From Macrostomum lignano (Eukaryota): DNA of 64,000 nt. The position numbers and the translations under genes were made by a program. Under the pieces are notes generated by a model. It ran no database searches and was not told the origin of the DNA. It worked only from the letters and a program-made list of their open reading frames with translations. The stretch is taken from NCBI GenBank assembly GCA_002269645.1, contig NIVC01001481.1:1-64000 (forward strand), read 5' to 3'. Numbering within the stretch: the stretch's first letter is position 1; every line of letters starts with the position of its first letter. Positions 12,801 to 24,800 of this stretch are shown piece after piece.

Positions 12801-15800
12801 GGCACATAGTAGACTTTGTTATTCATGTACTCCCAAGACGAGTTGCCTGTGCAGGTAACACCGATCTTGTCTGTGCCAGTCAGGGCAGAAAGTTGGCCAG
12901 CCGGACAGCTGACATTACAATCCGTCCGATTCGTAGTCGAGGAGCACACTGACTTGTAGGTCGTTGAGTTTCGCACTGGTATCGTCTGGCTGTTACAGAA
13001 GCGAGCTGAAAGCATTTTAGTTTTGCGGTCAGAATTTCTTTAAGTTTATACAGACAATAGCGAGAAAATTCATATTTTTAGTAGACACTTACAGCGAACC
13101 AAGAAGATAAAGTGACAGCTGGCATTATTCTTGGCGTTGTCCATGACTACGAACTGCACCAAATAGTTCGCACCGAACCTGACTGTATCTTTCGGCTTCA
13201 CACCACGATACTCGGCCAGCGCGATGCCGCTAAAGTCGCTGTAAGTAATGTTAGGTAGTTCTGCCGTTACGTTTTCTGTCACTGTGCTCACGTACTGGTA
13301 CACCTCGCTTGGTGGGCAGGTGACTTTCGGCGGCGTTCTGTCTACGAGTTGAACCTGAATGCTGCAATTTCCTTTGTTTCCGGCGGCGTCAGTGGCGGTG
13401 TAGTTAACCATAACGCTGCTAGTAAGCGGATTGAAGCGACTTAAACTGCTGGGCTGCACCTCGACAGTTGGCATTTGGCCAGAATTATCCATAACGTTTG
13501 GCTTAGTGAGGGACTCGGGCGGAATCACGGCGGGTCCCAGCTCGAGCTGCAGCAGCGCCGGGCAGTAGCCAAACTTGGGCGGAGCAATATCGTCGCAAGT
13601 TGGCGGTGCCGTTGTCCACTGGCCCTCCGTTGACAACAACAGAGCAGATGACGTGTTGATGGCAGACACTGTGACCCAAGTAGATGTTGAGAACGCTTTC
13701 TGCAGCCTAGCGAGCCTAGCTGACTCTTCGTTCGAGCTGATTTCAATGTTAAACTGTGCCAGGGTGCTCGAGAGACTTGATGGCCTCGGTGACGGCGTGT
13801 CCCTTCGCCTGCGACTCTTTGCTGTGAAAGCGGTTTAAATGGAGTTTAAACTAGCGATACGAATAAAAAGCAAGGGAATTGTAATGCGATTGCTGATGGA
13901 GAAAAATAGTATATATACTACTAATAAGACCAACTGTCGGGACTGTAATATGCTAAATTCTTAAACAAAACATTTCTCTCAAAGCAGGAGCACTTACTCG
14001 GTGAGCAGCAGTAGGAGTCCTCCGAGCTGGCTGTACCACTTGGACAGCTCTTCGTTATCTCAGGCAGCTGAACGTTCTTGACTTCAAAATTATTCGAAAC
14101 TGCGCAAGCGATCGAGGTTTTGACCTGATCAAATGCACGCTGGACCACGTCTGCCGCCTCACTGGTGTTGAAAGCCGCATCAAATCTCGCAGTGGCATTG
14201 CAAGACACAGCAATTGGCATGAAGTCGAATCTGAAGCTACTTCCAGAGATTTGTGTTCTAGAGCTGACACGCGCTACCAGCGAAGGCAGAAGAGCAGCCA
14301 GTTGAAGGCTTGCATTGCGGCCAAACGTGTGAATTGTCGCATTCGAACAGCTTAAACTAGCCGTCGTCGAGCTGAACTCTCCAACGTACGAGAAGGTGAC
14401 AGAACCAGGCGAAGGTTGCGGCTCGAGTGGCTCGTATACAACTGGCTGAGGGCACAGAAACTGGGAGCAGCAAAAGCTGGCCAAGGCTCCTGTAAGCGAT
14501 GCACTGCCACAGCTGCTGGCCAGAGATGTTGTTGCAACACTATCAAAGCAACTGGCCGATGGCAGATTCTTAAAGAGTGCCGACGTATTGGTCACAATTC
14601 GGACCATTTGAGCGATGCAACTCGCCGCAGACGAAGCCGACAGATAATAGGCTATTCTCAACTCACCTCGTTTCTGCAAAGTTTTTATTATGTTTTTAAG
14701 TTATTTTCAGACTTTGATACATATGCATTCTGGTTAAAATCTGATCGTCCAAGAACTTACCGTCGTGGGGTTAAAAGACAGATAAATCCGCACTTTTGAC
14801 GCTGAGCAGCCCAATGAAGGAAGCCATGAGGCGTTGAGCTGTGAAACCAAGTTATTTATGTCACAAGACGCGTCGCTCTTCCAGGCAAACCTGTGCGTTG
14901 AGACAAGCAACACCTGACCACTGAAGACCGTGGACACTCCAGAGTAGAAAGCGGCATCCACTGATTGAAGGGCAATGCGAACAGACCCCGCAGCCGTGAC
15001 TTTGAATGTGATTTTCAGAGCGAGTCCTTGCGCTGCTGCCAAAGTAGCCATGGAAACTTTGGTAACACCTTTGCCATCTGCCGTTGCAGTCAAGTTAAGA
15101 TCCGAAAATGTGCTACCGTCGTTACTCTTGGACACAGATACTACTGACTGAACCACCGATGAGTAAAGTGTCAGCTCAAGAAATCTCTGGATTTTGATGA
15201 ATCGCAGTGTGACTACATAGTCGCCAGTCTTCGACAGTGTCAACCCGGTGCTTAGTACCGCACCGCTCAGTCCAGTCAAAGGAGCGCCGGATGGATCAGT
15301 GCCTTCGGCTGCTTGTAGATCGACTGCGCCCGCCAGCGTATCGTTGATGGCGGGAGGAGGAGCTTCCGTGCCTGGCATTGGGGCTGTCGTTGGCGCTTCT
15401 GTGGTGTTAACCTTGATCGTTGTAGTCGGCGTGGGTACTACTGGTGGTGCTAAAAGTTAGAAAAATTATTGATTTGTTTCTCGGACAAGAACGAGATTAA
15501 CTAAAATAAATCACAGTTACTAGATACAAACTACACTTAATGCGTACCTGACATGCAGCAGACTTTTCCGGTCTCTGTTTTACCATCAATGCATCTCACC
15601 GACACTACGGGCATAGCAATACTCGACACTTGGTAATTATCGGTTCGTGCACATTCTTTGCTGGTTTTTACTTCGTTAAGAACAGTTTGAAGCAGCGAAA
15701 TAGTTGTTGGTGTGTTAACGGCAGCAAAGATTTTCGCTCTATCGCTGCACGACTCAGTAGCAGGCATGATATCAACCTTGAAGACGTTGCTAGAGACGTT

Positions 15801-18800
15801 CGTGCGAATACTGATTCGAGTTCTCGCAACCACTCCAGATATCAGCGTAGCAAATCTGTTGACAGCACTGACGCTAAACGCGTGAACTGTTTCATTTAAG
15901 CACGTCGCATTGATAGACGATGCGTTGAAGTAGCCTTGGAAGGTGATCGAAAGTTGGCCATTCATACTGGGCAATGGAATCGTCTCTGTAATGGAATTTT
16001 AAAGATAAAAAGGTTGCGGAAATTTGCAAATCTTTCAGAAATAATTGCACCGAAAAATCATTAATTTAGGCTAACTTACCATCTGAAGGTCTGCCAATCA
16101 ATGTCATCTGAAAAGCTCCAGACTTGTCCTTGGGCAACCGTACTTCTAGTACACCCATCAGGCCGGCGCACAGCTTTCCTGTGAGGTTGTAGCTCAGCTG
16201 AAATTAACAAAACATTAAAAGTCAGTTGTGATTTTCGCTCCTTTCAGCCAGAAATTTAGAACAGAAGTAGCACAGCGATGAACATACAGCATCATTTCTT
16301 TTCCTTTCGACGAGCGACGTGTTAAACTGCTGAAATCCTGAAGCGGTCAGGCAGCTGAGGTTTCGCATTCGAATGGTTGCGAAGTCACTGGAGTACAGGA
16401 GGTTAAAGTTGAGCAGCCTGATGGCGCGGTTGAACACGAATCTTCCAGTGTAGTTGCCAGATTCACCGACCAGCATTCCACGGGTCAGATCCATTGTGCT
16501 CATCAGCGGGATGAGGTAATCATCACCTTGGCGCACCTGAGTGCCATTGATGCTAAGCTGTGAGGAATTGGCGAAGACGTTGCCGGGCGTGTCGAGCATC
16601 GGATCCTTGCACGCTATGGAGTTGTTAATTGATGTGTACCATTATTTTATAGTATATATAATGAGCACAAAATCTGCTTTTTCAGCCAGCACATGTGGGA
16701 TTCACACAGTATCTTTCGCGATTTCATTTTCCATGCTCCAATTAATCCGCAAACAGTTTTCAACTTACGTGGGCCATCCTTAGACGGTCGGTACCAGGCG
16801 GGACAGTGAAGCGCGGGCGCGCCCATTTCCACGCTGCTTGCAGAAGACCCGCAGACTGGCGTAATCAGGGTTTTAACAACCGTGCTAAGGACGAATGTAG
16901 CGTTACGCGCAAAGTCGGGAGAAGAAAGTTGGTTTAGAACTTTGCGATAACAGCCACCGGGCAGTTTTACTTGGAAGAGGACCACAAGGTCAACGTTTGC
17001 AGACATCTCCAATCCCGATCTCTTGAGGGACACTCGAGATCGGAATGTCAGACTGTCGTTGCAAGCACTGGTGCCCGTTCCCCCGAATATGTCGCGTAGG
17101 TGTCTGGAAATGTTAAGAGTCGACTCAAACCGTGATACTAAATCGGATGCTGACAGCAAAGTGGTGCAGGCAGTGGACAGGGCACTGGAAAATTTCAGAT
17201 TGTTCGTCAGTCGTAGCAGATGAGCGCCGCGGTCTCGGATGCAGTTTGGCGCCCAGTCAGGGCAGGGCGTGATGTAGTTGCAGTAGCTCTGTAAGCAGCC
17301 GTACGTGCAAGTAGCATTCGCTCTATCATTGTCGCACGAATTCTGACCAATCATCTGCTTGGTGACCAGTTCCGTAGCGCAGCCCTTAGTTACTAACTGG
17401 CGAGTTGAGCTGCCGTATTGCCACCTTGAGTAGCAGGCCTGGCCAACGCTGCACGTCTGAACGTCAGTGCAATCGGCTGGGTTGGCAGCATCCACGCAAG
17501 TGTAGCACTTGATTGGCGCTGAAAGTTTGTCGGGAGATTAAGCTTAAGTGACAGCTTTACTCATTTCTAATGGCCCCTTAAAAATCTGAAAGTAGTATTT
17601 TTTACCAGTAAAGTTTCCGAAGAATTTCACTGTAACTGGCTGCTTTTTGGAGTTGCCTCTGTAGTCGATGGTTACTCGGAAGTTGATGACGTACTGCGTG
17701 ACTTTACCAGTAGCCATGGTGTTAACAGCCATCTGAAATAGCCATAATGTTTAATACTGTTATCGTTTTCGCACTTCCGAATTATTTGCATTCTCAGCTT
17801 CCATTGATAGTAGAAATTCCTTTTAATCCCTCTAAAAGATACTATACTATAAACTATATACTATATATAGTATCTTTTATCCCTCAACGCTGAGTTTTAG
17901 TGATTGTGGCTTGCGAGATTGCAAAATAGGGGGAGGAAGAAGTACAAGTTATTTCCCGGATGTTTCATTTATTTTAGCCGCGAGCCGCTGAGGACTCGAT
18001 AATGGGCCGCGAATAAACACGTTTCTCTTGTCTATGGCCGGGCCCAAGTGTGAAATAAATATGTTTCAGTAGTCTATGGCCGGGACTAGTGGGGAATAAG
18101 TACGTTCCTGTATGGCCGGGTCCAAGTGAGGAATAAATATGTTTCAGTAGTCTATGGCCGGGCCTAAGTGTGGAATAAATATGTTTCAGTAGTCTATGGC
18201 CGGGCCTAAGTGTGGAATAAATATGTTTCAGTAGTCTATGGCCGGGTCCAAGTGTGAAATAAATATGTTTCAGTAGTCTATGGCCGGGCCTAAGTGTGGA
18301 ATAAATATGTTTCAGTAGTCTATGGCCGGGCCTAAGTGTGGAATAAATATGTTTCAGTAGTCTATGGCCGGGTCCAAGTGTGGAATAAATATGTTTCAGT
18401 AGTCTATGGCCGGGCCTAAGTGTGGAATAAATATGTTTCAGTAGTCTATGGCCGGGTCCAAGTGTGAAATAAATATGTTTCAGTAGTCTATGGCCGGGCC
18501 TAAGTGTGGAATAAAAATGATTTTTTCGCTAGATTTGGGCCGCCTTATGTTCAGTTTTGATAGGCACGCTTGTGAAAAGCCACAAGCACTTGGTCATAGT
18601 CATAGGTTTCGAAATTTTATAAGACTATTTTTATTTGTTGAACACGAGTCTTCTGAATATAAAATCGGCGGAATAGAATGCTAAAAGGTATTAAATGACC
18701 AAATATCTTTGAAAAATTCACCACTAGGTTCTATAACTGCTCTATAAGATCTCTATACGAGTGATCATAATCGAGTCCGATTCCTACCATTGTTGGCGGC

Positions 18801-21800
18801 TTCTTCTCCTGCTCCAGAATGGTCACCCAATTGCCATCGGCAAGCTGCGCGGACACCCACAAACTCTTCACGTGATTGATGTTAGGGCCGTCCAGCATGA
18901 TGTAGAACACTCCAAGCACCATCTGGCTCATGTTTGCCTTGAGCTGCAGCACGTGGTACCCATGCGAAGTCATTGTGTAGCCAGTCGTAAGAAGCTCGAA
19001 CATACTCATTTGCTTGATCGGCCTCTGGCCATGCTTGTTCCCATAGCTGATGCTCAGCACGGCTGGCTCAGGCGAATTCGCGTAACGACCGCGAACTGTG
19101 TCGAGCGCCTCCAGGAAATTTCCGACTAAATTGGTATTAGAATTGGCATTAGAAAGCGGAACACCTTAACATTACTGCGAGGTTTTTTACCAGCAAAATC
19201 GAGGCGATTGTTTCACTTACCGTAGATGCAGATGCGTTGCGGCGCTAGCGGGAAGAATCCGAACGGACAGTCGTCCTTCTCATTGACAAACGTCGCGCTG
19301 GTCACAGGGAGCCTCACCGAGAGAGACTTCATCCTCTGCACAAATATCAATATACCATTGGCAGCTGCCAAGCGACCATCGGCGAATCCAAGGTGACTCA
19401 TAGCCCGCTGCGCGCAAAGGCCCTTATATTTAATCTCGAAGGTCAAGGAAACCTCGATCTGCAACGAATAGTTGGTCGAACTTCAAATTATTAAATACTA
19501 CTATCAACGCGAACATTAAGTTTTAACTGGCTACCTCCCTTGCTTATTAAAGTATAACAACCAACTGATAGTGGGCTGCTTACCGTATCTTTCTTATTTT
19601 TGGCTGACACTTTCAAGTCATCTGTTTTCAGGACGCTTCCGTCTCCTGAGCAACCAGTCAGACGCATGATGGTGGTGATATTGTTTAGATATTCTTTTAG
19701 GTCCTCGAATCCCTTCTCATAATCTTTTGCATCAGAAGATGACAAGCCGTCCGTGGAGACAATGAACTCGAAGCTGAACTTCGACTCCACCTGTCTCGAA
19801 TCGCCGCAAGATTTTTCTGCGAACTCTGGACAAGGAACGGTCAGGGCGTTGCAAGCCTGGCCTTTGCAGCACACCGTGCAGTCCGCTCCACTGCCCGACG
19901 ACGTTCCATTGCACTTGTTTAGCCTCTTCGAATTTTCGCAGAAGTCTTCCGTAGTGCAGCCTTTGCCGGTAATTGAGGCCTTGTTTTTGCGATCGTCTTT
20001 CCAGGATGTGTAGCAAACATGCTGTTCAACAATTCGGGGAGGGCGTTCTTGCTTAGATTTTCGGCTTTATTCTACGAGGCATATTGGAATAACAATTAAA
20101 AATACATTTTATATTGGGTAATTCAGAGGTTAACCTAAGCTACAAGCAGGTATGACTGAATCTGCTTCAAAGTTTATTTTGTAAGTTTCAGCTCACCGAA
20201 GGCGATGGGCACTGAACCAGTGTGTCGCATTTGTCTTCGTCCCATCTATTGCCCCTGGAGGAGCAGGTGTAGCACATGGTGTTGAGCATCGGCACTGGTG
20301 GCTCATCTTTGGCTGAAGGGGGATTAAAGGATTGCTATTGTGAGAAGATATTTACGGTAGTTTTTAGGACAAAACCTTAGAAGAGTTGTTTCTTATATGA
20401 GCGTAAAGCTTCAAAATCTGTCACTCTTACCAGGTCGAGCGGCAATTAGTAGCACCAGGCTGAGGCTGTCTCCAGCATTCAACCCCACCACGTTGAAAGA
20501 AAGGCGCAATCCGAATGAGTTGGTATCCAAACTGAACATGGTCTGCAAGATTACGATACAATGTTTTGTGTCAGTTTTTAAAGCAAGCCCATGACAAAAC
20601 ACTAAAACAAATCTAAAAGATTACAATATAAATGATAATATAATGGTGATTTTAACTTACAGAAAGTGTCTCAGTGCTTTTCGGTTTGAGCTTGATGTTT
20701 GTCAGACTGTCTCCCTGCCTCTCTGCATACACAGATGCGGACAAAAGACTGACTCGCCCGCGTCCATTGACTGACCAGAACTGGAACATCAGCATTCCGA
20801 ACTGCATGTACTGACCATTGGTTCTGAGCACCAGCTCATATTGACCATTGCTGCTCAACACGAACTGTGGCGCTGACCCTTTTGGCAGAGGTGAGCCAGT
20901 GGGGTCGTTAAACTTGAAGCTATCTGAGTTTATGATGGTCCGGTTGCTGAACAAATCGCTGAAGTCATCGTCCAGTTTGATCATGCAGACGCCTTTGTTC
21001 GAGTCGCTGGTCTCAAAGCCGGCGGGGCACAAGGGCTCTTTGTAAACCAGCTTGGGAGGGTCGAATTGAAGGATCTGACCGACGCAACCAGTCACAGATA
21101 CCGTCTTCAACATATTAGCCAGCTTCTCCAGCAGTTCCAGGCCTTTCAGAAGCGTGCTCAGACAGGCGGGAGGCGAATAGGCGTTGTATGTGACCAACAA
21201 GCGCAAGCGGATGGCGCCAACAGCGCTGCCGGAGTCGAAGGAAGCGATGACGCGAGTATCGATGGTGGCACCTCGGCACACAAGAGCGCCCTGCACACGA
21301 ATCAGGGCTTTGAGGCTTAAATCGAATGCAGTGCTCAGTGCGCTGGTGCAGACGGCGTTCGGTGCCGAAGAAGCTCGAGTGCCGACAGCGAACTCGACAG
21401 CAAAGCGGCCGGTTGGCTCGGAGCAGCGGGGATAGAAGGCCGACGGACAAACAGACGTCCTGTAGGTGTTGCAGTACGAGCTTCTGCAGTAGCTGATACA
21501 CGAGTCGCCGACCTGGCCCCGTTGGCACTGGTTGGCAGAGGTGTTTGGCGGCGAAGCCGAGCAACCAGCGGTAAAGTTCAAAGCGTTGCTAGATTTGATT
21601 GCGAATTGGGTCGTGCAGACGCCCTAAAATGTATTATGCATTTGGGTTTTAATATACAGACACGTGGACATTTTTAATCATAAGAACCTTATTTTTTCAC
21701 ACAAAGCTCACATTGCATTCAACCGTGTTGATACATTCGTCGATATTTGAGACTCCAGAGCAGCTAAAGCATCTGATACTTGGTGGTCCGGCTGCAATAT

Positions 21801-24800
21801 CGATCAATATTGTTTTAGCAAACTTAATCCAGTCTACATGTATTTATTTTAAGTCAAAATCAACATTTCAACTGCATCAAAGCTCTATAAACTTACCTCT
21901 AAAGTTTACGCCAAAGACCACAGATAGAGGCTTGGCAACCGTCATCATTCCGTCAGCTTCGATTACAATCCGCAGGCCGTATGCTGAGGCGCCGTTCAAG
22001 AAGGTGGCAAGCTGGAGTTGGATATGGACGCGGCTTAAAGTTAAAACTCAAGCAGTGTGTTGTTAAGTTATTGCTGAAAAAAGTTCTCTACGATACTAAG
22101 CCTTACCAATGATGAATATTTGTATTCAGCAGATGTTACTGTCTGCCGCTGCACAAGAGCCCAAGAACTGGCATTTTTCGGGTCCACAAGGCTGTAGACC
22201 TCGAAAGATTTGATCCATCCGTATCCGCTGCCATAAAGGATGAGGCTCTTGAGATAGTTTAAGCCACCAAACAGTTTTGACGTGGTAATCACATAGCGAC
22301 CTGGTGCTGTGATTTGGAGCCCCCTCGATGCCAAATCGAGGCCCAGCACGGTGACCTTTGTTGATCCGAATTCAACAACCAGCGAGAGATCGATTGAAGC
22401 CAGAAGGTTAACCGACGCATTCGTCTTGATGAAATTATCGTAGAATTCTCCTGAAAAAATGTAGGGAGCATTATAAACACTGCCGTATTAGGACTTGAGA
22501 GCTACTATAAAATAAGAAAATCTACTCACTGTAGACGCACACTCCAAGCGACCTAACAGGAATAGTCATGCCCGGGCATTCGTACCGGGGCTGCAGTTTG
22601 CTGTAACCGGCGAAGCTCAGACCAGAGCAAGTCTCAAGCAATTCTTCACGCACAGAATTCAAAATATTCGTCAGATTGGTCTTCAATTGGCCCAGTGTGT
22701 CTAGGGCGCAACTGGCGTTCAATACTTTGTACTCGAAAGAGATGGTCACGCGGCTTCTGATTTCCGATGAGCTGGGATCGACTTGGACAACTGGTTCAAA
22801 CTTGATGGACTTGACTCGGACAGCGGGGCATGAGGTCTTCAGCCATCGTGTGAATGGCATACTGGTCAAAATATCCCTGAACTTGTCGTGGCGCAGGCGG
22901 AGGCTGGAAACACAATCGATGATGTCTAGCGCACTGATGCGGAGGTTCATATCAATAATCCAATCCAGTGAGGCCTCCGGTTCCCGGCAGCGGTCGGCTT
23001 CGGCTACCCAGGTGGGGCAAGGTGTTGAGTAATAATTGCCCATGTAACGATCGGAGCATTGGGTGCAGAAGCCGTTCTTCGGGTTGCCGTCGCACTCATT
23101 CTTCCACAGCTGGTTTCTGCAGGAATTCTTATTTCGACAGCTCTTGCTCACCCGAGGTCCATGTCTGTTCTGATTCTGCCAGCGCGTCATGCAGACTTCA
23201 TCTTCGTCGCACTCCTCTTCACCCCGGCAGTCGTTTTCATCTAGGGTCCAAGAGCAGCTGGAACACCTTTGCTTCTCCTTCAACTTCGGCAGTTCAGGAG
23301 CTGTAAATCAAGTACGTAAACAGTTTTAAAGTTTGGATAGGTAAATGCATTATTTGAATTAACTCTAGAGTGTGTAATTTCTGATTCGCCTACCACTCGC
23401 TTCATTATCCTCGCTTGAGTACCGCACTCGAATTCGCAGCATGCCCTTCTGTGCCGAGGACAGTCCGGGTGAAGACAGGCGAATCCTGAAGCCAAAGGCT
23501 CGCACAGGCTTCTCGATTTTAATTTCAATCTGGTCGGAGCGCTCCTTGTCGACATCAGTCTCAACATTGAAAAGGCTTGAAATTGAGTCGCTCAGCATGA
23601 TCTGCACCTCGCCGAGGCTGACAGGCACGGGACTCTCGAAGCTCAGGAGGAAGGATCGGATTGTGACGGCTTTCACTGTACGAACCGTTATTACGGAAGT
23701 TGTGTTGAACAGTTCGAACGATCCATTCACTAAGCTGATGACATTCATGCCATTGATAACAGTGGTATCCATCGAGCTAGTGTTGTATGACTCGTATTTC
23801 CTGTAGCTGATGCCAGCGAATTCTAGCGGGGCCAGCTCGTAATTAGCAACCAGGTTCAACGAGGCGTCCAAGAACTCAGTTTCGTTGGTTTTACAGGCTT
23901 CGTTCATCGTGGTTTCCCAGAGAGCGCCGTCCTCTCTGTTCAGCATGGCGGCGCAGTTCCGCTCGAACTGATTTCGTAGAAGACTGAAATAAAAAAATGG
24001 AATCATTCTGATAAACAGTCCTTGAACTTTTGCATATGGACTGGATCCAGAAGTATTCGATGGCATTTTGATTGATTTAAGCCTTATTTTGAGGCTTAAG
24101 ACAAGTAGCGATTGAATAACTTACCAGAAGTCAGAGAAGCCCTTCTGCTGTAGCATAGTGGCTTGAATCCATAGAGGAACGCACTTGGCCACCGTACTCG
24201 CCAAGCTTGCCGTGCAGATGGAGCGAGAGAAGGCGCGGAGCGCAATGCCCACCAAGCGGTCGCTGGACGATTCCATCCGAAGTGAGCGAACCGATAAACA
24301 ACCATCCCTTAGCGCCGCTCTGTAGGGAACATTTTACGATTCTACTCTGTTTCAGGCGGCTGGATATATTGAAAATAAGAAGTGCACCTAAGACATAAAT
24401 ATTTTATACATACTTTTCCGACGTGCAGCCCGTTGAGGCGAGGCTCACCAGCGAGCTCACAAGAGTCGACACTGAAACCTCTGGCTTGAACGCATCGAGC
24501 AGCATAGATGGCAAGTTAGATGCAAATCGGTCGCAACTTCTGTACAGTTCAATCGCGGTCTTCGAGGGCATCTTGCCCTTCTGACATACGTAGTTCACTT
24601 CGAGATATCTGGACCGGCCCTGGCAGAAGTCGGCTGAAGCCGACTGGAAGGCGAGAGCGTACACCGGAATCCAGCAGCTAGTCTGGTTGTTGCACAGCTT
24701 CCTCACGAGATTAGTTGCGTAGACAGGATTGCCGCACGGAGCAGTCTGGAAAGCAAATTTTATTCAGGTGATAATACAGTGGCCTCTAAAATTTTTCAAT

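Noticed and set aside
14667-14673. Apparent 7-nt microexon (cag|AAACGAG|gtgagt)
   Set aside because: The frame continues without a stop (KRGELRIAYYLS...) in sequence resembling the other SEA-like modules, and phases fit a single exon 14673-13998. A cryptic donor cannot be fully excluded.
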